Counted from the first letter of the stretch, positions 48,244-57,567 are shown. The stretch is 64,000 nt of DNA from a virus (IMGVR_UViG_3300026176_000228:1-64000), one strand, 5' to 3'. Numbers and translations: made by a program. Notes: generated by a model from the letters alone, not told the origin.

Positions 48244-48900
48244 TTATTGATAGAGCAAAAACCGGCGTTGGTTCGCGACTTCAGATAAAATGATTTTGTA
48301 ACGCTTTTCAGCAGTCCAGATCAGAGCTTCATCATCCACGAATTCGTCCGCTTCCTTGATAAAAGGCGGGCGGAAGGGACGGAGTGGATATGTGACCGCA
48401 CAGTTGTCACCGAGATGACGTAGCCATTCTAAAGTGCCGGTATGCATCGCCGTGTGTTCCAGGACATCTAAAGCCAGAGCTAGACTGTGGCGTTGCACCG
48501 CGTGGCCATAAGGAATAAAGGCAGTATTGAGATGGTAACGCGCGCTATGATCGAGAATAAAGTCCTGGCCGATGCCGGGAAAGTCATAGAACGTCACTAG
48601 CTGCGTGGGACGCAGATGCGCGAGGGTTAGACCCGTGAGTCCGGTCGCGCAACCTACATCAATATAGCTGGTATCGTCCGCGGACATCTCATGGATGATT
48701 TTGATAAAGTGCTGGACGTTCGGATCAAGATGCCATTCAGTCGTATAGTATTGATACCACGGTGACTTAGTATAGAAAGCTTCGTCGGGACCGTACGCGG
48801 TGCCTTGCTCGAACTCAACTACTTCGGGATAGTTTTGACCCAGGAGCCAGGTACGAAGGTCCGCGCGTAGCTCCTGAGTAATAGTCGCGATGGCACTCAA
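48244..48900 (-). CDS. Class I SAM-dependent methyltransferase
   Basis: YIDVGCATG, DVLEH. Confidence 0.8.
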   Translation of the reverse strand: MSAIATITQELRADLRTWLLGQNYPEVVEFEQGTAYGPDEAFYTKSPWYQYYTTEWHLDPNVQHFIKIIHEMSADDTSYIDVGCATGLTGLTLAHLRPTQLVTFYDFPGIGQDFILDHSARYHLNTAFIPYGHAVQRHSLALALDVLEHTAMHTGTLEWLRHLGDNCAVTYPLRPFRPPFIKEADEFVDDEALIWTAEKRYKIILSEVANQRRFLLYQ

Positions 48901-49227
48901 TTAGAGCGCCAGGTAGATGTAAGAAAGCGTCACGGTGGACGCGGCGGTAGCACCGAGCGACATGAAGCTTAGCGATGCGGTATTGGTAGCGATAGGGCAA
49001 ACCGCAGTTAGCTGCAAGCCCGAACCACCGCTATTGAGTTGCATGAACACGGTACCGGAGGCCGCTAGACCTGTAATTAGTGCCGAACCGGTGCCCAGGG
49101 TCGAAGCACCCATTGCAGGCACGCAGGCCGCAACAGTGCCGGTCAGGATTTTATCAATTGTAGTGCCGTTACCGACATTCAAACCACCCATCGCGAGCAG
49201 TGGTCGGCGGACACGGAATGAAGGCAT
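48901..49227 (-). CDS. Small virion protein (head fibre-like)
   Basis: aggag RBS; directly after the major capsid gene; GLNVGNGTTI. Confidence 0.6.
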   Translation of the reverse strand: MPSFRVRRPLLAMGGLNVGNGTTIDKILTGTVAACVPAMGASTLGTGSALITGLAASGTVFMQLNSGGSGLQLTAVCPIATNTASLSFMSLGATAASTVTLSYIYLAL

Positions 49228-49276
49228 TTGATTTTCTCCTATAGAAGCAGGCTATAGCATCTGCTCAAGCAGGTTG

Positions 49277-49320
49277 TTACTAAACCTCTGTAGATATGAC
49301 TAAGTACAGAGGTTTAGTAA
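49277..49320. repeat. Perfect 16-bp inverted repeat downstream of capsid gene
   Basis: ttactaaacctctgta / tacagaggtttagtaa. Confidence 0.8.
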
Positions 49321-49339
49321 TAGTAGACATTGTAACAGC

Positions 49340-51156
49340 TTAAACTGCCGAGAAGATCACACTTCCCGCGTCGCTGGCTGTGATTTTTTCCACCACTGAA
49401 TGACTGGCCTCAATCTTGTCCGTGTATTCCTCTTCCCTGCGGAAGCGGCGCACCTGACGACCATTCCATTCGAGCAGGTAGCCTGCCGCGGGCGTCAGCA
49501 GCGCGGGCGCGGATGGGACATAGCCCAGCCACATACCGTCACCCCAGATATACTGCGGGCTACCGGTTTGGCCTTCCAGCGCCGGGTCAAACAGCGACAT
49601 GCCGATCAGAAACTTCTCGAAGCCGAACCACTCGCCAAAGTCACTGGTCATGACGCGCGCGTTCGGGCGAGTGTATTTTACGCGGTCCAGCAGATCGGGA
49701 TGCTGGCGCAGATGCCGCCACACGTCCCAACTAATGACCGCCACATTGGGCATGCGCCCGATAGTCGAGACGACGCCGTTGATCGCATCTTCGATGTCAC
49801 CGTAGGGGTCAGATGTGTCGCTGGACCACTGGGTCGTGGGTGAAGCCGCGTAAGCCCACAGCGCAGAGCCACCCGTGGTTAGGTCAGCAATCCGTTTTTC
49901 CTGTGCGCGCAGGAGTTGGTCCATGACGAATTCAACGGCTTCCGCGTCAGGTCGCAGCGGACTGTCTGCGTTTTGTCGAACTTCCACTTTTGTTACTACT
50001 TACTTGCGTAAGCGGGTAGATCATTTCTGTCTACCTCTACGGGTTCACTTCCCCGTAGGTCGGAGCACATCATCATCCCAGTAGGATGTTGGCTCTATGC
50101 TCTCTACACATTTCAATTCGCATTTGTACTTTGCTAATGCGTATGATATAATGGCATTAGAAAGGTGGTTTTATGGATTCTAATACATACAAGAAACTTT
50201 GGAAGGCTAAGCGCATCGCTGAAGGTCTATGTTATCGCTGCGGTAAACCTCGCACTGACGACCGTAAAATTTGCGCTGCTTGTAACAAGAAGTCTAACCG
50301 CAGGGCTGCTGCTTGGCGAGAACGGGTTTTGATTGAACGTCGCTGTACTAGTTGTGGTGAACCATTAGCAGAGAATGAAACTCGACTCACTTGTTCGACC
50401 TGTGCCGCTAAAAACTCTAAGGCTACCCGTGAAAAGCAGAAACAAGCAATCGCTAATGGCCTGTGTGAAGCATGTCAGAAAAACCCTATTGGCTCTCGCT
50501 CTTCTGTTTGTTGTGATGCGTGTTATGAAAAACGCTTGGTATCACATCGTAAGATTCATAGTAGAATCAACTTTGGCGGTTTACGTGAAGCCGCCCTAGA
50601 GCGAGATAACCATGTCTGCCGCGCTTGTGGGTCAAGCACTAAACTTGAAGTTCATCACCTAGATGGCAATCGTCAGCATAACGAGTTATCTAATTTCATA
50701 ACCCTTTGTCATAATTGCCATGTGCTTTTGACCCGTATGATCGAAGCGCCTAATCTTCCGTTTCTGTATGAACTTGTAAAGGTGCAAATGCGAATTGTTT
50801 AGCTCGGTATTGGCATCTCAGCTTCCACCGAATTAGGCCAATTTTCACCGTCACATTGCTATGGCGGGGGACAAAAGTTTATCCGGAACTAATTTTGAGA
50901 TTGCCCACGTTGGGGTGTAGTAACTGGCTGTCGTTAGATCGTAATCTGCCTCAGCCGACCGCGCACCCGGTGCCCGCTTTTGCACGTCAATGCGTTGCCA
51001 AGCCTGCCGGGGAAATTCCCAGATGTAGTCCGTCTGCTTCTGGACTGGCACGCGCGGAAAGATTTGATCGCCAATGTAAAGTTGATTCTTGTACGCCAGG
51101 CTGAGCGAGGTCAGCGCGGCGTCAAGATGGACATCTCGCACAGAGGGTAGAGCCAT
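49340..51156 (-). CDS. Major capsid protein, 2 exons: 51156-50881 and 49984-49340 (306 aa, ...KLVPD|EVRQNADSP...)
   Basis: VHLDAALTSLSLAYKN, IFPRVPVQKQ, LRQHP, IWGD, PAAGY; in-frame after intron removal. Confidence 0.92.
49985..50880 (-). mobile_element. Group I intron (896 nt) in major capsid gene, carrying an antisense HNH ORF
   Basis: P1 ggataaa/tttgtcc with U.G pair; P7 gagca/tgctc; P10 gaagtt/aacttt; terminal G at 49985. Confidence 0.92.
50173..50802 (+). CDS. Intron-encoded HNH endonuclease with tandem Cys4 Zn-ribbon repeats
   Basis: ALERDNHVCRACG...LEVHHLDG...NFITLCHNCH; own TATAAT and aaaggtgg RBS. Confidence 0.9.
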   Translation: MDSNTYKKLWKAKRIAEGLCYRCGKPRTDDRKICAACNKKSNRRAAAWRERVLIERRCTSCGEPLAENETRLTCSTCAAKNSKATREKQKQAIANGLCEACQKNPIGSRSSVCCDACYEKRLVSHRKIHSRINFGGLREAALERDNHVCRACGSSTKLEVHHLDGNRQHNELSNFITLCHNCHVLLTRMIEAPNLPFLYELVKVQMRIV

Positions 51157-51171
51157 CGTATTATACTCCTA

Positions 51172-51576
51172 TCAATCCGCCCACTTCTGGGGGCCGGTGA
51201 GAAAGATCGTCGCGTTCATGCCACAACCACTCGCGATGGATTCCTGCGCGATGCCCAAGCGGGTCGCGGACGCCGCAGGATTGAGCGCGCCACAAGCGCG
51301 GCCATCCGAAGCGGTCTTGACCCACTGACCGAATACCAGCGGCGAGGCTGCGGATTCGCAGTTGACTTCCACCTTGGTGAAGCCGAACACGCGCACGGTC
51401 GCCATTTCCCCAGCCTTGGGATCATTCTGCAAGACACCTAGTGGTGAACCTGCGACGACATTGGATAGCGAGACTTCGCCAGCTACCGAACCAGCCTTGA
51501 CGAAGTGGTACTGCGAAGCGGAGAGATCAATGGCCGCGATGTAGGTGTGATCAATGCCCCAATATTGGACTGCCAT
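51172..51576 (-). CDS. Capsid cement/decoration protein (DUF2190-like)
   Basis: DLSASQYHFVK, LGVLQNDPKAGE; between scaffold and capsid genes. Confidence 0.8.
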   Translation of the reverse strand: MAVQYWGIDHTYIAAIDLSASQYHFVKAGSVAGEVSLSNVVAGSPLGVLQNDPKAGEMATVRVFGFTKVEVNCESAASPLVFGQWVKTASDGRACGALNPAASATRLGIAQESIASGCGMNATIFLTGPQKWAD

Positions 51577-52461
51577 TTAGCCCTCCTGCGCGGACTTGGC
51601 CCGCGAGCGCACGCTGCGTAGGTAGGCTTCGGCGTCTTTCTTGGACAGCTTGAGAATTTCAGCCTTGGGGTCATCCGACTTGGCAATGACCGCGAGGGCA
51701 TCCGGCTGTTCCGGCGTAAAGGCCGTGCCTTTTTCAATGAAGAGTTCCGCGTCAGCGGCCATGGCATCCACGGACTTCAGTAGATCAGTCCAGAATGACA
51801 GGCGCTTGGCATCCCACTTCGCCAGGGCGTGCAGTTGTTCACCGAGTTCGACAGGAGCGACAGGAATGGCCGCGAAGCTATTCGCCTTGGCGATATAAGT
51901 CTCGCGATCACGCTCTTCGCGCGCCTTTTCGACCTCGGCAACCAGGGCTGCATTCGCTTTTTCAAGTTCCGTGAGACGGCTTTCGAGGGCCGCTTTCTCG
52001 ACGGTGTCTTCCATGGTTGCCTCCGGGTTTGAGGTTTGAGGCTCACTGGCCTCGGATTCGGGTTTAGGTGTGGTCATGGATTCTAGTTCTGAAACTTTTT
52101 CGAGTTGCTTGGCCTCGACTACCGTCTCGGCAGGTATAACTTCAGAAGCAGCTTCAGGTTCTGGCTCAGGTTCTGGTTCAAGTGTAACTTCAGCTACAGG
52201 TTCGACTTCAGTTTCAGCTTTGACTAGTTCGGCCATCTCTGTATCTACGGTTTTCTGGAAGAGTTTGAGGAAACGCGTCCAGAGATTAGTTTCAGGAGTG
52301 GCCGCAGCCGTAATATCGCCCGCTACAGTAGCTACATCATTAGTATCAGACTTGAGCAAGAAGAATTCCTCGCGATTCGCCCCTTGAGTGACCAGCCCAA
52401 GAGTCTCGACTTGGACATCGCTGAGTTCAGTGATGATGGTGTTGTGGTCGTTATCAGGCAT
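51577..52461 (-). CDS. Scaffolding protein with an XkdF-like N-terminal strand
   Basis: ELSDVQVETLGLVTQGANREEFFLLKS, acidic linker, coiled coil. Confidence 0.75.
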   Translation of the reverse strand: MPDNDHNTIITELSDVQVETLGLVTQGANREEFFLLKSDTNDVATVAGDITAAATPETNLWTRFLKLFQKTVDTEMAELVKAETEVEPVAEVTLEPEPEPEPEAASEVIPAETVVEAKQLEKVSELESMTTPKPESEASEPQTSNPEATMEDTVEKAALESRLTELEKANAALVAEVEKAREERDRETYIAKANSFAAIPVAPVELGEQLHALAKWDAKRLSFWTDLLKSVDAMAADAELFIEKGTAFTPEQPDALAVIAKSDDPKAEILKLSKKDAEAYLRSVRSRAKSAQEG

Positions 52462-52517
52462 TTAGCCTACCTCCCGACGCGTATGAACGCGTTCTCTGGG
52501 CGCTCCAACCCGCGGAA

Positions 52518-52748
52518 TTAACCAAGTAACAGGCGGGAGAGCACACTGGGGCGCTTTTCCCCGTAGGTGCGGATGGTCGGTTGCTGCATTTCAACATAGA
52601 GTTGGACCAGCTTGGCAATAGTGGAGAGTCCGACGACTAGAAGTGGAACCCAAGGTTCTTGCACCCAGCTTTCCAACCAACCCGACAAGGCACCTGTCAG
52701 CAAAGTAATGAGCGCAGCCCATGCCGCGCCCGGAAGCTGTACCCGCAT
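52518..52748 (-). CDS. Holin-like 2-TM protein
   Basis: Two TM helices and basic C-terminus. Confidence 0.55.
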   Translation of the reverse strand: MRVQLPGAAWAALITLLTGALSGWLESWVQEPWVPLLVVGLSTIAKLVQLYVEMQQPTIRTYGEKRPSVLSRLLLG

Positions 52749-52780
52749 ATGTAGACCCTTTCTGTATGATGTGCGCTAAT

Positions 52781-52929
52781 AAAAAAATCAGGCGGGAAAC
52801 TACAAGAGGTTCCCGCCTGATTCCACTACATGTTTGACTGGAAGTGACTGCTCCCTTGGGTTTACCCAAGAGCTTCTATGGATTTTCACCAATTCTCACC
52901 AGCCCGTGAGAAATAGAGCGCATCAACCA
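52781..52929 (-). ncRNA. Putative sRNA / attenuated leader (about 150 nt)
   Basis: Promoter TTGACA-17-TATGCT (52964-52936); terminator aatcaggcgggaa...ttcccgcctgatt-T-tract; 14 nt complementary to the start of 58592-59524. Confidence 0.5.
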
Positions 52930-53080
52930 TAAACAAGCATAGCATATGGTGCATGCTTTGTCAAGATGCTGTTTCAAGTTATTTTTAAATAATTTACAAC
53001 GTTAGTACAACGTTAGATCGAAGTAAAACAATTTAGTGGTTATTAAAATATAGTCTAGGGTTTGTGACACTCCGCATGGG

Positions 53081-54223
53081 CTAAAGCCCAACGGCTTCTT
53101 GGGGCACGCACGCCGCAACCGGCCACGTTACGCCCCAGGCTCGCTGTCCGCGGGCCAGCAGATTACGTGCAGCGTTCTCATCTCGATCCATAGATAAGCC
53201 ACACGCGCACCGCACCCAGCGATCTGCTAACGTTAGGTGCTCAAATATAGAACCGCATTGTGAGCAGGTTTTAGATGAATAAGCGGGATTGACTGCCACA
53301 ATTAACTTCCCGGCCCATGCTGCCTTGAAAACTAATTGACTACGGAAGTAACCCCACGAAGCATCTAGAATGCTCTTTGATAAATGATGGTTCTTTACCA
53401 TATTGGTGATTTGTAAATCTTCAATCGCAATACGGTCATAATGTGATACTAAATTATGGACTGTTTTTTTGATGAAATCAGTACGTCGATTAGCGATACG
53501 CCGATGGTGTAACTGCACCGCGCGCTTGGCCCTACCCCGACCTCGACTACCATTCTTGCGACGCGACATACGCCGCTGTAAGACGCGAAATTTAGCTTGC
53601 TCAGTACGATACCATTTCGGGTTTTCGATATGTTCACCGTTTGATATGGTGAGTAATGAGCTAATACCCACATCAATTCCAGCTTCTTGACCAGTTAGCC
53701 CAAGTGGTTGTGGGTCTATCTCACAAGCAAAGCAAACATACCATTTATTCGCTTGTCTACGGATGCGTATGGTTTTGATTCTACCCTCTATGGGACGATG
53801 CCAGCGAACCGCGACGCGTCCAATACCCGATAGTTTCAAACGCCGACCGTCAATCTTGAAACCGTTGTTTAGTTCTTTAAAACCAAAAGAATCATAACGG
53901 CCACGTTCACGAAAGCGTGGATAACCCGGTGTCTCGCCTGCCTTAACCCGGCGAAAAAACGCCTGAAACGCTTTATCCAAATCAGTCGTGACGACTTGCA
54001 AGACATGACTGTGAATCTGTCCAGCGAAGGAGTTTGCCCTGCGGTAGTTCTTAACGTTTGCTAATTGCTCAAACTTGCCAACACTGCGTTTTTCTCCTTC
54101 CCACGCATCTCTGCGTTCCGCAAGACAAGTATTGTACCAGTGACGACAAGTTTCAAGCGTTTGATTTAGTAGACGCGCTTGATTCTTGCTTGGATACAAA
54201 CGGTATTTGTAGGTAATCAGCAT
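53081..54223 (-). CDS. tnpB: TnpB RNA-guided endonuclease
   Basis: YKYRLYP, GIDVG, IAIEDL, CSQCG/CACG, DRDENAARN; RuvC D-E-D intact. Confidence 0.95.
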   Translation of the reverse strand: MLITYKYRLYPSKNQARLLNQTLETCRHWYNTCLAERRDAWEGEKRSVGKFEQLANVKNYRRANSFAGQIHSHVLQVVTTDLDKAFQAFFRRVKAGETPGYPRFRERGRYDSFGFKELNNGFKIDGRRLKLSGIGRVAVRWHRPIEGRIKTIRIRRQANKWYVCFACEIDPQPLGLTGQEAGIDVGISSLLTISNGEHIENPKWYRTEQAKFRVLQRRMSRRKNGSRGRGRAKRAVQLHHRRIANRRTDFIKKTVHNLVSHYDRIAIEDLQITNMVKNHHLSKSILDASWGYFRSQLVFKAAWAGKLIVAVNPAYSSKTCSQCGSIFEHLTLADRWVRCACGLSMDRDENAARNLLARGQRAWGVTWPVAACVPQEAVGL

Positions 54224-54344
54224 CAGCTAGAACTCTCAATGCTAAACGAATTGCAGATGAATCAGTATCTACGCCATAGCGTTCGCGAATCCGTCGAATG
54301 GCCTCGCGATCAGTATCACCTAAATGAATTGTAGTGCGTTTCAT
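54153..54344 (-). CDS. RHH protein, probably translated from a leaderless mRNA
   Basis: MKRTTIHL...SSAIRLALR; TTGACA-17-TATACT ends 6 nt before ATG. The 3' end overlaps tnpB and may be shorter. Confidence 0.65.
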   Translation of the reverse strand: MKRTTIHLGDTDREAIRRIRERYGVDTDSSAIRLALRVLADADYLQIPFVSKQESSASTKSNA

Positions 54345-54431
54345 ACTTGGAGTATATCATTACGATACACATCTGTCAAATTCGATTGAGAGCAAGTCAT
54401 CTGCGATAAATCTGCGATAAAGTTGGCAAAG

Positions 54432-54520
54432 AAAAACAGCCGATGCGAGGGTACATCGACTGTTCTCCTACTACCTTCCACCATCATCCCCAACAGAGGT
54501 CTGTTTGACTGAACTCAACC
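54432..54520 (-). ncRNA. Putative sRNA (about 90 nt)
   Basis: Promoter TTGACA-18-TATCCT (54556-54527); terminator aacagtcgatg...catcggctgtt-T-tract; shares cagtcaaaca with the 52781-52929 RNA. Confidence 0.5.
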
Positions 54521-54552
54521 AACCTTAGGATAACACAGGTGTCATAGGTTTG

Positions 54553-55137
54553 TCAAGGGGTTGGCACACCCCAATGCGCGATAAGCTTGCGTAGACTCAA
54601 CGCAATATCTTCGGTAGCCGCGACTTCGCGTTGCCAGAGGTCTAGAGTGTCTACATCAGGAATGTCAGGGTCGCCGTCGTCATCGGGTGGACTGTCAAGT
54701 AGACGCTCCTGGAAAGTCGCGCGGTAGGAGACATGCCGGTTCCAGGGTAGACCTAGCCCACCTACGATATCGGAGATGATGGTATTGTTTTCGCGAATAC
54801 AGAGCGCGAGGGGGCCGAGGTTAGGCGGCGCGTAGCTGTTCGTAATCATGTGCTGGTTATTGGGATTGCCAGGTAACGCGAAGTTAGCCAGGTCGGGATA
54901 AGGCCACGCGAGCGAGACAGGCTGCGCGATTTGAATGCCTTCCGCGGTGAGGACGGCGCAAGTCGCGACCGTATTGCCTTGCGCGGAGGGTTCATCAATC
55001 AGTTCCACGCGAATGAGTTCATAGCGCGCGGTAGGTTGTAAGACAACTTGCAGTTCGACGCCCGTGATTTGCCCTTGCGCGTTTTGGGTGAGAGCGCGAC
55101 AGTTAGGGGCGCGTGGGTCGGTATAAGCTAGAGACAT
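54553..55137 (-). CDS. Hypothetical protein (possible cell-wall enzyme accessory domain)
   Basis: aaggag RBS; SDIVGGLGLPWNRHVSY. Confidence 0.7.
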   Translation of the reverse strand: MSLAYTDPRAPNCRALTQNAQGQITGVELQVVLQPTARYELIRVELIDEPSAQGNTVATCAVLTAEGIQIAQPVSLAWPYPDLANFALPGNPNNQHMITNSYAPPNLGPLALCIRENNTIISDIVGGLGLPWNRHVSYRATFQERLLDSPPDDDGDPDIPDVDTLDLWQREVAATEDIALSLRKLIAHWGVPTP

Positions 55138-55166
55138 TGAGGCTCCTTCTATTATATATTAATTAA

Positions 55167-55496
55167 TTAAGCTTGTAAGGGCTTAGTGATACTTAAATAA
55201 GCATTACTACACCAACCGGTTAGATAGGGTGGAACTTGAGTTTGCACCCAGTACCAGTTGTTAGCTATAGACCAGACATCTACCTTGGTATGCAGGGCTA
55301 GTTTATCGATGATGGGAGCCGTGAGCGCAGGTTGCAAGCGGAGATTGAGCGTAGTCGCGGTGACAGTAGCTTGACCAAGACAACAGACAGACTGATTATT
55401 AATTGGAAGCTGGCTTACCAAAAACTTTTTCGGATTGTCTAAACGGCTGCTACGCACCGTTTGTATCTCGCGTTTCAGTCTCTGCCGCACGGACAT
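55167..55496 (-). CDS. SH3b domain protein
   Basis: LNLRLQP...WYWVQ...TGWCSNAYL. Confidence 0.75.
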   Translation of the reverse strand: MSVRQRLKREIQTVRSSRLDNPKKFLVSQLPINNQSVCCLGQATVTATTLNLRLQPALTAPIIDKLALHTKVDVWSIANNWYWVQTQVPPYLTGWCSNAYLSITKPLQA

Positions 55497-55507
55497 GTCT
55501 AATGGCC

Positions 55508-56419
55508 TCAGGTACAGGGCTTGCTGGTCATGACGCGATTAGGTAAAGGTACTTGAGTGGGTAGTAGAGTTTGCAGTTCCTGCCATAAGGCATTGGGAAT
55601 GGGTAGCGCGGACCAGGCTTGATTCTGCGCGACTTCGTTACTGTTGGACATGCCGACAATGACTTGCGTGACTGCGGGATGCGCGAGGCAGAATTGTAAC
55701 GCGACCGCACCGAGAGGCACTTGATAACGCGTACAGAGTTCTTGCAGGGTTTGCACGCGGGCCGTGATAGATTCGGGTGTGCCATCGTATTCGTAGAAGC
55801 CCGCGATGGGGTCGGCTAAAATGCCGCCCGCGTAGATGGTGCCAAGTTGGACTTGGATATGACTTTTGCAGCAGTAGTCGAGTAAGGGTAAGGCGGCTTG
55901 ACTGAGTAGATTATAGTCTGCCGCGATTAGGATACAATCGGGTTGATAGGTTTTGACCAGCTTGGTCAGGGTCTGCCAGTGGTGGTACTGGCCGAAGCCG
56001 ATGCGCTGGACTAAACCTTGCGCCTTGAGGTCTTGTAAGACTGGATAGAGGTCAGGTACGGCAGTGCGGTAGTCGTAAGGGTCGTGCAGCAGTAATTGGT
56101 CAGCATGGGTAAGTTGCAGCCGTGCAAGACTCGCGCGCAGGCCGGTGCATAAGCCTTCGGGTGTCAGTGCGGGTCGCACGCCCTGATATAAGGAAAGGAC
56201 TTTAGTTTGCAGCGTGAAGGACTGGCGTGGCAGAGTGGACAGGACTTGACCTAAGCGGATTTCCGACAGACCATCGCCATACTTGGGCGCGGTATCGAAG
56301 AAGGTAATGCCCGCTTCATGCGCGCGCCGAATCGCGGCGGCGGCCACTTCATCGGATTGACTATGGGACGCGAAACAGTCCATACCAAGAGGCGCGGCAC
56401 CGAAGGCGAGTTGCGTCAT
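55508..56419 (-). CDS. Aldo/keto reductase (sugar dehydrogenase-like)
   Basis: FGAAPLG, FFDTAPKYGDGLSE, TKV, LLHDP, ALQFCLAHP. Confidence 0.9.
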   Translation of the reverse strand: MTQLAFGAAPLGMDCFASHSQSDEVAAAAIRRAHEAGITFFDTAPKYGDGLSEIRLGQVLSTLPRQSFTLQTKVLSLYQGVRPALTPEGLCTGLRASLARLQLTHADQLLLHDPYDYRTAVPDLYPVLQDLKAQGLVQRIGFGQYHHWQTLTKLVKTYQPDCILIAADYNLLSQAALPLLDYCCKSHIQVQLGTIYAGGILADPIAGFYEYDGTPESITARVQTLQELCTRYQVPLGAVALQFCLAHPAVTQVIVGMSNSNEVAQNQAWSALPIPNALWQELQTLLPTQVPLPNRVMTSKPCT

Positions 56420-57222
56420 TGGGCTACCTGTTTAACTTTGCGGATGCCTTTGCCACGGATGCTGTAAGCTTTGAGCAGACCGGATTTCACGCGCGGCCAG
56501 AGCGTCGGGCCGAATTTAGTCGCGACCACCCAGGAGCCTTTAGTGACGAACTTAGTAGAGCCATCGGGCAAGGGCCAGTTGATATCAATCGGCGCGATGA
56601 AGGATTCTACGATATGAGCTTCGGATTTCGCGACATCTAGGATTTGATGCTGGATATCATAGTTTTGCGAATTAGACATCCAAGCATGGGCCATTTTTTC
56701 GATTTCTGGAATTTCCATGCGGTCATTTTGTGAATCGACCCAATCCTCTGATGTCGCAGGATAAACTATTGCATAGCCTACTTGTTCCTCATCGGCGGAC
56801 TTGGCAAACATAGTAGCCTGCACGGTGTTAGTTTGCGGCCAAGGATTAACGGCGCGTAGGTGCGGTAGCTCGGCGTCAATGATTTCATTGAAAGTACCTA
56901 GAGCTTCACCAATCGCATGGGATAGTAAAATGCGTTCGTCTTGACCATAGACGCCATCACCGTACATCAGATCAGCCTGGACGGTAAACTCGCGATGCAC
57001 GCTGGCGATCAGTCGGTCAATCACGTTGACGGCTTTTTCGACCTCAACTATAGGTTCAGATTTAGTGACCGGCTTAGTTTTGTCACCACCTAATTCACCA
57101 AGCATATCCTCTACAGTTTGGCGTAACAGACGCAGGAACTCAGCTTCAGTCATAGGCGCGGTTTTAGCAGGCTTAGATAGCGCGTTAGGTTGATGCACTT
57201 GCGAAACAGTTGGTGTCGGCAT
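56416..57222 (-). CDS. XkdF-like prohead serine protease
   Basis: VDSQND, EIEKMAH, DIQH, IVESFIAP, KGSWVV, AYSIRG. Confidence 0.85.
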   Translation of the reverse strand: MPTPTVSQVHQPNALSKPAKTAPMTEAEFLRLLRQTVEDMLGELGGDKTKPVTKSEPIVEVEKAVNVIDRLIASVHREFTVQADLMYGDGVYGQDERILLSHAIGEALGTFNEIIDAELPHLRAVNPWPQTNTVQATMFAKSADEEQVGYAIVYPATSEDWVDSQNDRMEIPEIEKMAHAWMSNSQNYDIQHQILDVAKSEAHIVESFIAPIDINWPLPDGSTKFVTKGSWVVATKFGPTLWPRVKSGLLKAYSIRGKGIRKVKQVAQ

Positions 57223-57255
57223 AAGATTGCTCCGTACTATGATAATTATACAAGT

Positions 57256-57284
57256 ATCATAGCACAGAGTCGTAGGTCTGTCTA
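57256..57284 (-). promoter_or_regulatory. sigma70-like promoter for the protease gene
   Basis: TAGACA-17-TATGAT. Confidence 0.45.
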
Positions 57285-57288
57285 TAAC

Positions 57289-57567
57289 CTATTCTTGTAA
57301 TTCAAGCATTATAGGTGCCAAGTCAACATCAGCATCGCGCAACACCTGAAACAAGCCTGCTTCTAGACCCATAATCTGTTGTTCAGTCAAATCTAACTTT
57401 AGATGTCGATTCAAGGCTTCGATAATTTCATGCAATAAAGTTGACATCTGTTGTTGAGGCACAAGACGTTTATCGATTTTGATGCGTAAAGACGCGGATT
57501 GCATTTCACCCATACAATCCAAGAATGGATCGGTAATTAGTTTATAATCATAACCAAGTATGCGCAT
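57289..57567 (-). CDS. Small zincin-like phage protein
   Basis: TLLHEIIEA. Confidence 0.7.
   Translation of the reverse strand: MRILGYDYKLITDPFLDCMGEMQSASLRIKIDKRLVPQQQMSTLLHEIIEALNRHLKLDLTEQQIMGLEAGLFQVLRDADVDLAPIMLELQE

Larger units (their letters stand above)
53064..54379 (-). mobile_element. IS200/IS605-family (IS1341-like) element: RHH gene plus tnpB, no tnpA
   Basis: Right-end hairpin tgggct..agccca ending in TCAC (53064); left end approximate, near TTGAC. Confidence 0.7.

Noticed and set aside
49340-49987. Separate 215-aa capsid ORF with GTG start, and the 101-aa ORF 50851-51156
   Set aside because: These are exons of one intron-split gene; the GTG is the intron 3' end
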